From positions 117,058,001-117,122,000 of the forward strand of contig NC_087436.1 in NCBI RefSeq assembly GCF_036321535.1: DNA of 64,000 nucleotides, written 5' to 3'. Position 1 is the stretch's first letter. Every line of letters begins with the position of its first letter. The notes under the pieces are model-generated. The model was given only the letters and a program-made list of their open reading frames with translations. It searched no databases and was not told the origin of the DNA. The position numbers and the translations under genes were made by a program. Source of the stretch: Camelus dromedarius (taxonomy: Eukaryota). Positions 1-11,300 of the stretch are shown here, in pieces.

Positions 1-1878
1 CCTGTTTCCAGAGACACAACATCAGGCCAGTGAATAACCCCACAATGGCCTCCAAGTATTCGAGTGAAAGAAGAGTGGCATGTCTCTCACTTTACATCAG
101 AAGCTAGAAATGACTAAGCTTAGTAAGGAAGGCACTTCAAAGGCCGAGATAGGCTGAAAGCAGCCTCTTTTGCCAAAGAGCCAAGTGGTGAGTGCAGAGG
201 AAAAGTTCTTGAGGGAAACTGGAAGTGCTAATCCAGTGAACAAAGTTAAAAAGCCTTATTTGGCTGAAATGGAGAACGCTGGAATGGTCTGGATAGAACA
301 AGCCAGCCACAACTTTCCCGTGGGCCAAAGCCTAATCCAGAGAAAGACCCTAACTCTCTGAAGCCAGAGGGGAGGAAGCTGCAGAAAAAGTTGGAACCAA
401 CAGAAAGAGAGGTTGGCTCATAAGGTTTCAGGGAAGGAGCCATGTCCAAACTTCAGTGGCAGGTGAAGCAGCAAGCGCTGATGTAAAAGCCACACAGCAA
501 GTTTTCCGGAAGATCCAGCAATGATTATCCACGAAGATTCACTACACTAAACAAGAGATTTTCTTCAATGCAGAAAAGCAGCCTCATATTGGAGAATCTC
601 ATAGCTGAAGAGGAGAAGTCAGTATCTGGCTTGAGTTTCAAAAGACACATTGACTCTTGTTAGGGGCTAATGCAGCTGAGGACTAAGTTGAATCCAATGT
701 TCATTTACCCTTCCAAAAATCCTAGGGCTCTTGACCATGTTAAATTGACTGCCTGTGTGCTATAAAGGCCACAAAGCCCAAATGACAGCACATTTGTTAA
801 CAGGGTTTACTGAATATTTTAAGCCCATTGTTGATACCTACCACTCAGAAAGGCTCCTTTCAAAATATTATTGCCCATTGACAATGCACCTGTCACCCAA
901 GAGCCCCGGTAGTGGTGTATGAGATGTGTGTTTTCATGTCCACTCACAACACCCATTCTGTAGACATGGACCATGGAGTAATTTGACTTTCAAGTCTTAT
1001 TATTTGATAAACACATTTCATAAGGCTATAGCTGCCTCTGATTCCTCTGAATCTCGGCAAAGTCAACTGAAAAGCTTCTAGAAAGGATTCACTCTTCCAG
1101 ATGCCATGAAGAACATTTGTCATTCGTGGGAAGAGATCAAAGTAAACATTCACACGTGTCTGAAAGTTGATTCCAACTCTCCTGGATAACTTTGAGGGGT
1201 TCAAGACTTCAGTAGAGAAGTACCTACAGATGTAGTAGAAATAGCAAGAGAACTAGAATTAGAAGCAGAGCCTGGAGATGTGACCAAATCACTGCAATCT
1301 CCTGATAAAATAGATGAGAAGTTGCTTCTTAGGGATGAGTGGAGAAAGGATCTGCTCCTGGTGAAGATGCAGTGAAGATGCTGTGAATACTGTTGAAATG
1401 ACGAAGAATTTAGAATATTATGTAAATTTAGTCAAAGCAGCAGCAGGGTTTGAAAGACTGAATCAGATTTTCAGTTCTACCATGGGTAAAATGCTATCAA
1501 ATAGCATTGCATCCTACAGAGAAATTGTGAAAGGAAGAGTCCATGTGGCCAACTTCATTGTTGAATTATTTTAAGAAATTGCCAAAACTACCCCCCAACC
1601 TTCAGCAACCACCACCCTAAGTCAGCAGCCATCAACATCAAGCCAAGATCCTCCACCAGCAAAAAGATTGCAACTCACTGAAGGCTCAGGTGATGGTTAG
1701 CAATTCTTAGCAAGAAGTATCTCAGGTATGGACATTTAGACATGCTGTTGCACACACAGGCTACAGTATAGTGTAAACTTTCATATGCACTGAGTAACTG
1801 AAAAGTTCATGTGGCACTGGTTCACTTCGTTGGTGGTGGTGTCTGGAATAGAACATGCAGTATCTCCAGGTGTGCCTG
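1..1878 (+). mobile_element. Tigger1-type (TcMar-Tigger) DNA transposon, 5' part beyond window edge; decayed transposase
   Basis: Recognisable Tigger1 internal sequence with frameshifted transposase remnants (e.g. [25 protein letters not shown] at 1383). It ends in the terminal inverted-repeat-like 'tatctccaggtgtgcctg' followed by a TA target site (1879-1880). Confidence 0.9.
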
Positions 1879-2634
1879 TAATGGCTTTAGAACTGCCCCA
1901 CCACCCTTCTCCAGGAGAGGAATCTTCTCCAGGATTCCTCTAAGAATGTAAAACTTTTAGCAGTTAGTCCAAAGAACTTCTAGAAGTGTGATAAAAAGCA
2001 CTCAAGTCTTGATTCTCAGAAGTGGGATGCAAACGTTAATATTTCTATTCTTACTAATCACTAGACAGACCCTCCACCCCCAGGTATTGAGGACAAGGCC
2101 TAGAAAAATTCCCTCAAAATCAAAGGATAAGCATTATGGTGAACCACTCAAGTTTCAAGACTTGCTGCCTAAGGGAAGTTGAGCTGGTCATTCTGGACAA
2201 GTTTGGCACATTTTTAAGTATTGTAGTGCACAGGAGGCAACCTCAAGAGATGCTATGGAAAAGCTCCAATGTGGTTTCTATTCTCTGCCAATAAAGGAGT
2301 CACTGGCTTCAAAAATCTGAGGTTACTTAATAGAGTAGATCTTCTTATAAAAATTCATACTGAGAAAAGAGGACTGAGCTTTCTATTCTGTCGACACTTA
2401 ACAGCCAATGATCCATGAGTGCCCTTGAAGAAAGAATTTCAGCCACTTGAATGGGTGGTTGGGCTTCCTGACCCAGACATTAATGAAGCAGATATGACCC
2501 TCCTAGTTGTTCAATTTCAAGTATGAAACTAAAAAGGGTTCATTCTGTCAGCTAGTGGGGGCTTTATTCCTAAAGGACGTCAGGAAGAAGTCTACACAGA
2601 GCTGCCTCTAGAGCCAGCTCATGGTTCAACAGTT

Positions 2635-3160
2635 CCTCAAAGCAGGATTACATTTGACCCAGTAATCCCTGTTAAATGCTCTAAAGAATTGAAAACGTGG
2701 GTTTAAACAGGTATCCATAAACCAGTGTTCATTGCACCATTATTCACAAGAGCCAAAATGTGGGCACTCTATCAACTGATGGAGAAATAAAATATGATAT
2801 ATCCAGGTAACAGACTGTTATCAGACAGAAAAAGGAATGCGTTTCTGACCACTCTTACAACATGGATGAACTTTCCAGTTATTGTAAGTGAAATAAGCCA
2901 GACAACACAAATGCTATGATCAAATCATATGAAGCAAAATAGAAAAGTTAGAAATAAAGAAGGCTAGAGGCTGCTGAGGACTGGGGAAGGAGGGGAATGG
3001 GGGTCATGGCTTAGTGGCTGCAGAGTTTCTTTGTGGAGTGATGAGCAAGTTTTCCAGTGACACTGACACTGTTGTACAAGCATCACTAATTACTGCCACC
3101 CGCTGTAGACATAAGATGGTTAAAATGGCAAACTTTATGTTACGTATCTTTTATCACAAA
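2635..3160 (+). mobile_element. Old L1 (L1M-type) 3' end fragment
   Basis: Typical L1 3' motifs: tttgacccagtaatcc, cattattcacaagagccaaaatgtgg, acaacatggatgaac, aagtgaaataagccagaca, ggttaaaatggcaaactttatgttacgtat. Confidence 0.8.
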
Positions 3161-3229
3161 AGATCTTGGGGGTTAAACAACAGCTCACCTATTTCAGAGT
3201 GACAGCTAAATGCCCACCTGTTAGAGACT

Positions 3230-3535
3230 CGCTGTTTCTATTTCCCCTAAAGTTCAAATGTTGAACCACTAACCCTCAATGTGACAGTAATTGGAAATGG
3301 GGCCTTTGAGAGGTTAGGCTTAGATGAAGTCACAAGGGTGGAGCCCCATGATGGAATGAGTGCCCTTTTAAGGGTAGAAGGGACCAGAGAGCGTGCTTTC
3401 TTCGCAACGTGAGGGCACAGCAAGGCTGCTGTCCTCAGGCCAGAGAAAGGGGCCTTCCAACACCTGGATCCGGGACTTCCCAGCCTCCAGAAATGAGTAG
3501 ATTGTCTTAGCCGCCCCAGTCAATATTGCTACAAA
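3230..3535 (+). mobile_element. MLT1 (ERVL-MaLR) LTR
   Basis: MLT1 hallmarks: aaccctcaatgtgacagtaattggaaatggggcctttg, agggtggagcccc, ggacttcccagcctccaga. Confidence 0.75.
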
Positions 3536-4961
3536 ACGGAGGAAGGATAAGAGATTTCCTACAGGTGAGAGGGAGACTCTGATATGTAAAGAACTTGGAA
3601 GTCATCTCTCCCACAGTAGGAAGGAAAAACATTAAACAAACTGGAAACAACTTTTTAGATCCAAAGAAGTCGCAGGCCAAGCTGCTGCCTCGACCAGCAG
3701 GGGCCAGGCAAGAGGATACAAAGTCCCCAGTTACAGGGAATAGAAGCCCAGTGCCTGCAGGAACTTTTTTGCCGGGAAACAAGCAGTTAGAAAACAAGCG
3801 GCACCCAAATTCCCATGAGCTTTAAGTACTGCATTCACACCTACTTGCTTAAATGCACACGCTTGCTTTGTTTTAATGTTTTACGCAGTAAATGACCTAT
3901 AGCACATATTATGCTAGAGAAAATTTGGGGTGAGCAATCCTGAGATTGACCATAAGGGCACAAGGAGGGCACATATTTCCTTAGGATGAAACAATGGATG
4001 GTCCTGGAAAGCCAGATCATCCAACAGCAGAACTTTGTTGTGGCATGAAAGCATGCGGTTAAACCCAGGGGAAATATTTGCTATCTCGAGATGTCCCGGA
4101 GGCAACCACAGGATAGACTTAGAAATTTTGCATACCCCGAGGAGGGTGATTGCTCCTGGAAGGGATAGGCCTGAAATTAAGCAGTTAAACAACAAGCAGA
4201 ATTTAGTGCTTATCGCATGGAATATCTAAAGCCCCACCTCTTTGACTGCATTTTTTTCTGCGCTGTATACTCCTAATAAATATGATGTCAACCAGGCTTT
4301 CGGTGCTCTAGATCCACGAGATCTTGAGTCCCCTGGTCCCATCTTTGCTCTTTGTCTTTTTGTTTCTTAAGTCTTACGTCGCCCATCCTCAGACACAGTC
4401 CCGAGCTGTGCTGGACGCAGCACATTTTAAACTAATTGGCAAATTCATTTCAGCTCTGGGGACTGGTTGAGGGTATAAACTCCAGTGGAGACCTTGTCTC
4501 GGAGGGGGTCCCCACAATTTCACCACCTTTATTTATGGCAGCCCCAACCAGGCCTTGCTGTGACAATCAGGAAAAGATCTTGTGCTTCCAGCAGGCAGAA
4601 TGGGAGAGCAGCCGTCAGAAACACACTCAGAGCACAGGTCAACAAGGCCTGCAAGCCATTTACCAAAGCCTGATCCACCGGAGGAATGAGTGAGGCAGCC
4701 TCGGTTCTTGAAGCCTTCCTGTGTTGCCTGAAGTATCTGAATAATAGCCAAGAGTTTTCCAAATTTAATTACATCCGCCAAGCCATAGGTTCAGGAAGCC
4801 CAGAATTTCAACCTGGACAAACACCTGAGGTTTATACCTCATCCTATCACATCCAAGCCTCAGAAAGTCCCAGAGTGAATCGAAAGCAAGTTCTACGGCA
4901 GGAGAGGTCCCAGTCAGAAGAGCAGGGGGGCCAGGGTGTGCTCCCCCGCAGCCCAGCAAGC
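3461..4961 (+). repeat. Copy A of a local direct duplication (interrupted by the solo LTR at 3770-4422)
   Basis: Colinear, diverged similarity to 6170-7069, from cacctggatccgggacttcccagcctccaga through gggtgtgctcccccgcagcccagcaagc. Confidence 0.85.
3770..4422 (+). mobile_element. Solo ERV LTR (653 bp), probably class II / ERV-K-like, relatively young
   Basis: TG...CA termini (TGCCG...GCAGCA), 6-bp target-site duplication CTTTTT (3764-3769) / CATTTT (4423-4428), AATAAA at 4275-4280. Absent from the paralogous copy, which reads ggaaCATTTTaaact at ~6530. Confidence 0.85.
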
Positions 4962-6169
4962 AGGGCCTCCTCACAGGGACTGGGCAGAAGCACTGGCCTG
5001 GATCCTGACTGCACTCCACTGTGCGCTGGCCTCTCTGCCACCACTGCCCCAGACCACCACCCTCAGTACTGTCTCCTCTGGGTTTGCTTAGGACACAAAT
5101 CTGGCAGAAGTAATTTTTGTCTTCCACAATCTTATCTAAGATGGATCATTAGGAACCATGCAAACGGCAACGAGGAAGTGACTTTATCAGACTTCCAGGT
5201 TATGGCACCTGTCACCAGGTTCCCTCTCCCAAGGCAGGTGTTCTACCTCCTGGTGTGTATTTGCTTGTAGCCATCTGTGGCCATTAGGAAAAGACAGGAC
5301 GCCCCCACCACCACCACCAAACCTAAATCTGACCAACAAGGGCTTCCATCACAGGGAGCTGCTTCTCACATCTTGTGGGATAAGGTCAATCCCAGCCTGG
5401 AAACAAGGAGTGGCCATTGGGAGGGCCCCAGTATCTGCACACATAGGGCCACGTTGCTGGATTTAAATACAGATTCTCTGGTTTAGGAAGTCCTTTGGCC
5501 CTGGCTCTGACCTCAAGCTCCAAGGTGCCTCTCACTCCCAAAGACACTGTAGGAGGAATTCCATATTCACTGGGGTGATGGCCCCCAAAGCCACCTGCCA
5601 CAATACCCCCAGCAGCCCCAGCCCAAGCATCTGTCCAAAGTCCCCATGAGTCAGGGCTGCAGCGCTCCAGGCCATCAGGCACTGAAGACCCTGAATTTAC
5701 CCCCAGTCTCTTTTCTAGACAGTCCAGGAAGCCCCTTGGGCTGCAGCCTGTCCCCGGCCCCAGGGCACCGCCATCGGACTCTGTAGGCAGCAGGTGAGGA
5801 TGCCCTGCTTGGTGTGTTCAGAGCATCTGAGCCCTGTGTTGGGGCAGGGGGGTCGGGGGGTACTGAGTGCCCAGCAGAGGACGCTGCTGCTGCCTCTTTC
5901 CAAGGGTCTGAACGTTGGACATTTTGCCCCCGATAAGGTTCCCAAACACACGCACATGAGAAAATGAATGGCTGGAGAGCCCACTCCAGTCTTCTTCTCC
6001 ATTTTCAGCAGTTGCCATCAAGTCAGTGCGGTTCTACGATGTTCACTGATGACACACCCTTCGTTCTGTTTAAGGGGAGACACAGCAATCCCCGTCACAG
6101 CCCAGAACTCAGCCAGCTCAGCACCAGTTTATCGAATTTCCAACTACATTCACCCACCACAAACCCCAG

Positions 6170-7069
6170 CACCTGGCTCTGGGACTTCCCAGCCTCCAGA
6201 ACTGAGAAGTAGATTGTCTGTTTTGGCTACCCAGCCTACGATTTCGGATTTACTTTGGACTTTGAGGCTTGTGGGAACAGTAAGAATGTAGGGGGGTAAG
6301 AAATTTCCCCCAGGTAGGAGTTAGGATGTAATACGTAAAGAGCTTGGATGCCTTCTCTCCCACGGTAGAAAAAACATTGGATATAAGAAGTGAATTTCAA
6401 TGTGTTCAAAGAGGAGGTCACAGGCCAAACTGCCGCCCCGACCACCGGAGAGGCAGACAAGAGGACACAGAGTCTGATTAAAGGAACAGAAGCCCAGTAT
6501 GAGCCTGAGCCAAGCCCAGGACCTGCTGGAACATTTTAAACTAACTGACAAGTTCATTTCAGCTCTGGGGACTGGTAGAAGGTGTAAACTCCAATGGAGA
6601 CCTTGTCCCAGGGGAGCTCCCCACAATTTCACCACTTTGACTTGTGGGAGTCCCCCCCACCCCTGGTCTCCTTGCGAGGATCAGCAAGTCTTCCTGGTGC
6701 TTCCAGCAGGCAGAGGGAGAGCAGCTACTTGAAATGTGCCAAGAGCTCAGGTCAACAAGGCCTGCGAACCATTTTATCGAAGTCTAACTGACCTAGCAGC
6801 GGGCAACACAGCACCTCGGGCCTTGGGCCCTTCCTGTGCCACCTAAAGAAATACCTGAATGAGAGCCAAGAGTTTTCCCAAGTTAATGGTCTACGGCAAA
6901 CCACAGATACAGGAAGCTCAGAAGTTCAAGCAAGATAAACCTGTAGGCTATACCTGGTCATGTATTCAAGCCTCAAAGTCCACAGTAAATCCAAAGCAAG
7001 TTCCACGGCAGGGGAGGCCCAGTGAGAAGGGCAGGGGGGCCGGGTGTGCTCCCCAGCAGCCCAGCAAGC
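6170..7069 (+). repeat. Copy B of the local direct duplication (MLT1 end + L1 5'/ORF1-like fragment + flank), no LTR
   Basis: Matches copy A segment by segment, e.g. ttcatttcagctctggggactggt, cacaatttcaccac, caggtcaacaaggcctgc, aaagcaagtt(c)tacggcagg. Confidence 0.85.
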
Positions 7070-7809
7070 CGTTTCCCCAGCTCTGCTGCTCTCTTCTGGG
7101 CCCCAAAGCCACACATCCCCTCATGGAGACTTCAACCCAAGAGTTCGTGAGGACAGCTCCCTGGGCTAAGACATCCAGAAAGTTCTTTGTCACAAAGAGC
7201 TCAGTGAGATCGGTACAAAAGGCATCGCCCCAGGCACGAGGCCTGAACCCCAGCAGAGAGCACCTCCCACTGGTCCCAGTGACCCAGACCTTCCTTCTAC
7301 CTCAAGTAAGGTGGCAATGTCATCTACAAGGAACACTCAGACACGAGACAGCGGGGGGAATGGAGCCCTGAGGAGACAGCCCCGGTGCCTAGCTCCCAAC
7401 CCACACGTCCCATGCGGTCAGGGGGGCTGGGACTCGGTCAGGAACGAGTCCCAACGGAAGGCCCGTCCGCACCCCCAGACCCTAGAGGCCCCTGGCGTTC
7501 TGAGGGCAGGGGTGCCCTAGACAGCACGAGGGGCCCGGGGGCGTCTAAGCCAGGGCACAAGAGCAAGGATGGCCCTGCCCAGCTCGGCCCCGCCCCAAGC
7601 TCAGAGGAGGCACCAGCATTCAGCAGCGAGAAGGGGCTAAAGGAAACGTTGCTCTCCTGGGTCAGCCTTGGTGGGTTTACGAGGGAAGAGAGCAAACACC
7701 AGTTGAGTTCCAGCCCCGCCTTTCCTGTGCTCTCTGTTCCTTTCTGCTTAAACTAAGCTGCCTCCACTGAGGGGGCTCACTTTACAAACTGGCGTGTCCT
7801 CCCAGCTTC

Positions 7810-8325
7810 ACGTAGGAAGCTGTAGGACCCCTTCACCGCCCCCAGACACTGACACAGAGGTCTCAAGACACTTGCACTCAAGTTGTTTGCCAGGAACTTG
7901 GGGTTGGCTGTCGTCCAGCTGGTCAAGACTGGTTAGGACCATCGATTCTCCTCCCCTGGGCTCTGAGTGTCTGACAGGTGACCTTTTGATGCCAAAGGGC
8001 CAAAAACTCCCTCGAGAGCCTTCCATTTTCTGAACACTCATCCCGTGAAGGAGCCTGCAGCTTAGTCGTGCCTGCACAGGACAATGATGACCCAGCCTTT
8101 TTCCCACGTCAGTCACCTTTCCCAGCGCTCCCCTCACCTCAGATTACCCAGCCTCCTCATCCCATAAATACCCTGGGCCCCTCGCCATCCAGGGGAGGAT
8201 CAGAGACTTGTCCTCCCAACTCCCCACCTGGCGGCCTCATGAACAAGCCCTTTCCTTGCTGCCAACCTGGGCATCTCAGCGTTTGCCTGCCACCTGCTTC
8301 TGGCAGAGGAAGCTGGTGCCGTAAG
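7810..8325 (+). mobile_element. Old ERV1 LTR, MER34/MER39-like
   Basis: agggccaaaaactcc, TATA-like cataaataccc, degenerate polyA segment gcctcatgaacaagccctttc. Similar to 16860-17515. Confidence 0.6.
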
Positions 8326-11300
8326 AGCCGCGCATCAGGCCTGAGTCCGGGCAGGGAGACGCTTCCCCGCCTACTCAGTGGTGTGGACAGCCTTCTTTCG
8401 TCTGCCTCCGCTGACTACGGGGGCAGCAGTCTCCACGGAAGTGCCAGGACATGGGGAGGCCAAGGGAACAGGATCCTTGAGAAACATGCCCCTTAGATAA
8501 GAGGCAGGTGTTTCTCACATACAAGGGTCACAAGACAGCCCCCCGGAGGTCAGCAGGTAAGTCCTGTCCAACAGGGACTAGTGAGGCCGTCCCCCACCTC
8601 CTCATGCAGTCAGCGAAGGCTCAGTCTTGCTTGAAAAGCCCAGGATAGACTCCACCAACATTTGGTGGGAGGGGAGCGAGCCGAAGAGAGTCATTTCCTT
8701 CCTGAGTCATGCTGGGTGAGCTCATTGAGGGTGGGGGCCGGCATGGAGGCCCAGTGTAACCCTGGTGTTAGGAACAGAACCGACGGGAGACCTGAGCCTG
8801 TGAAAACCACACTCCGGCAAGTGCGCCTCCCCCAACTCCCCAGGCCACATCCTGGAGCCACTCAGGATAGGAGACCCGCCCCACAGCTCAGGGACGCCTG
8901 GACCAGGGCTAGTGCCACCAATGGGCTATGGTCTGGCATGTGAATGAGGACACTGCCAGGGACCGCTGCCTTCCCCCACACTCACTAGCCCTGGAGCCAG
9001 TGGAGAATCCGACAGGGACTAGGCATCATTTCCACGGACGAGGCTTGTACGTCACATTGATGGAGGCTTAGTGAGGGTCGGCGGGGAGTGGAGGAGAGCG
9101 AACAATTAAAACAGTCTGGCAAGAAGACTAGTCACTGGAGCTGACAGAAGTGCCCTCAGAGAAAAAAGTCAATGAAGGTCCCCTCATCAATAAAGCTAGT
9201 AAAATACAGATGTCACAGAACAGATGACATTCTGTGTCCTAAATCTGAGATCAGCTCATGGAGGCAGTTCTGCAAAGGACAGAGATGCCTGTTGAGCCCA
9301 GGTAAGTAGATATTCAACTATCCACTCATAATTTGAGCCATTTGGGTCTGTCTTGAGGACCAGATCCATAAGCCCCTCCTCCCCACCCTCATCCCTTTCC
9401 CAGCAGTTCCTGAAGGACAAGGTCTACACCCAGGAGAACAGGAGGAGGAGGGGGTCAGGGAGAGTCAAGAATCCAGCAGTGTCCAAGACGGACACCAGGC
9501 GCTCACCCAGAAACCAGCAGCCTCAGTCCACTCATGGTGACTCAAATCCAACTTTTAAGTGCCCTAAGTTGAGCACATTTCACCCACCCTTAAGGGTGAA
9601 GTGTCAGTTTGGTCATTGGAATATGGCTCCCCCTTCAAGATGTCCCTGATCATTGACTTTTGTCACCTTGATACTTAGAGCACACAGGGGTCTAGCACAT
9701 GTGACCTGGTTGTCCTCTGAGGAAACATCCAAACACTCAACACCCCTAGGAGCCGTGGAACATTCTTGTACCTGAAGCTCCAAGGACCCTTCTTGCCTAA
9801 GCACCAGAAACACCGCTCTTCCCAGCGCCTCGTCCCTGCCCCTGTGGGGTGTCCTGTCTGGCGGAGACTTACAGAGGAGAAGCTACAACTTTGACATCAG
9901 GTGACAAGCAGCAAGTCCTGCAAGTTCACAAACAGGCATCGCAGCACAGGGGGGCGCCGACCCCAGGGAGGGCCCTACCTCCACGGAGACCCCCACCGAA
10001 GCACTGGCCTGGATCCTGACTGGCAGCTAAAAAGTTTTCTCCTGATTCAACAGGGAAGTTGGATCAGCACCTTCCACCTTCCAGGCCAACCTTGTGTCTG
10101 TCCCCACAGCCCTCCCAGGCCATCTCCATCCAGAACAGAGGGTTTTCAGTCCCCAGCACTGGAGCATGAACATGATGGACTGCCAGCAGAGAACTGGCCA
10201 CGACGCAGAGCTGGAACCTCCACCAAAACCAGGGCCAGGCGGTCCCAGCACAGGGTGCTGTTCCCACAGAGGTCAGAGTCCTGGCCACCAAGCCCTCAAG
10301 CCAGTTCACGCAGGGCCCACCTTGATTCTCTAACTTAAACGCAGCATTTTCTGTGTAACCAGGAGAGTAGGTTCCAGGACCCAGATTTCAGGATTTGTGG
10401 CGGATGGATATTTCTGAGTTAAAATCAATACAGTCTTTGTTGTAGTCTTGCCACAAATCTTAATGCTGAATCAGACCAGCTTATTTACAACAAACGAGAG
10501 CAACAGTAAACCCCAGTGAGATCCGCACAGTAAAATCCACACTAACTGGAAAACTGAGGGTGTCCCCGAGTCTTTCCCTCTGTCCTCCAGCAAGGACTTG
10601 GACGAAAAGAAAGGACTCATATTACCTCAGTGCATGGATGGGGTTTTTCTACAGTGCGAGCATTTCCACCCCCCAGGGATGTAGGAAAATGGGAGGCTGA
10701 CAGCATCATTCTCCAAGGTGGAGAATCACATGAATGCTCCCAGCTAAGTGTTCCAGGTGCTTCCACAGTTCCTGTGTTCAGAGAGTCACTCCCACGGGAC
10801 CCCTTCCCCATTCCCTGCAGTCCTGGTGTTTCCAGCATGAGTTCTCTAGGGTGTGTTTTGGGGTGAGTGTCATTCAAGGCTATTCACACTGATCACTTTC
10901 AGAGAATTTCACCCTATGACAGTCCGTTTTCTGTGAGATAAGGAACCACTGGAATCTGAGTTGCTGCATGAATTCATAGAGTCTACTTGGTCCAAACAGG
11001 ATTGAAGTTGGTAGGGGAATCAGTGAGCCAAGACCAAGACTCTATGCCCAGCCAGGCAAATGCTGACCAAGATTCAGGAAGGCCCTGTTTGTTTGTTTGT
11101 TTGTTTGTTAATTCCATAACCAGGCTCCCGCAGTCTGTTGGCTCTTATCACCAGCTTAGCAGCCCCCATGTGACAGGCAGGGTCGGGAGAAGCCTGGTAC
11201 ATGCAGGGGACAAACAGCTGCCACTCTGAGATTGACAGTTTATTTCAAACAACTGGGTCCTGGGACAACTGAGTCAGTTCTCCAGCCACTTAGGACAAGG

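Noticed and set aside
254..263. Perfect CArG box CCTTATTTGG
   Set aside because: Lies inside Tigger1, 21 kb from the promoter, with no supporting context.
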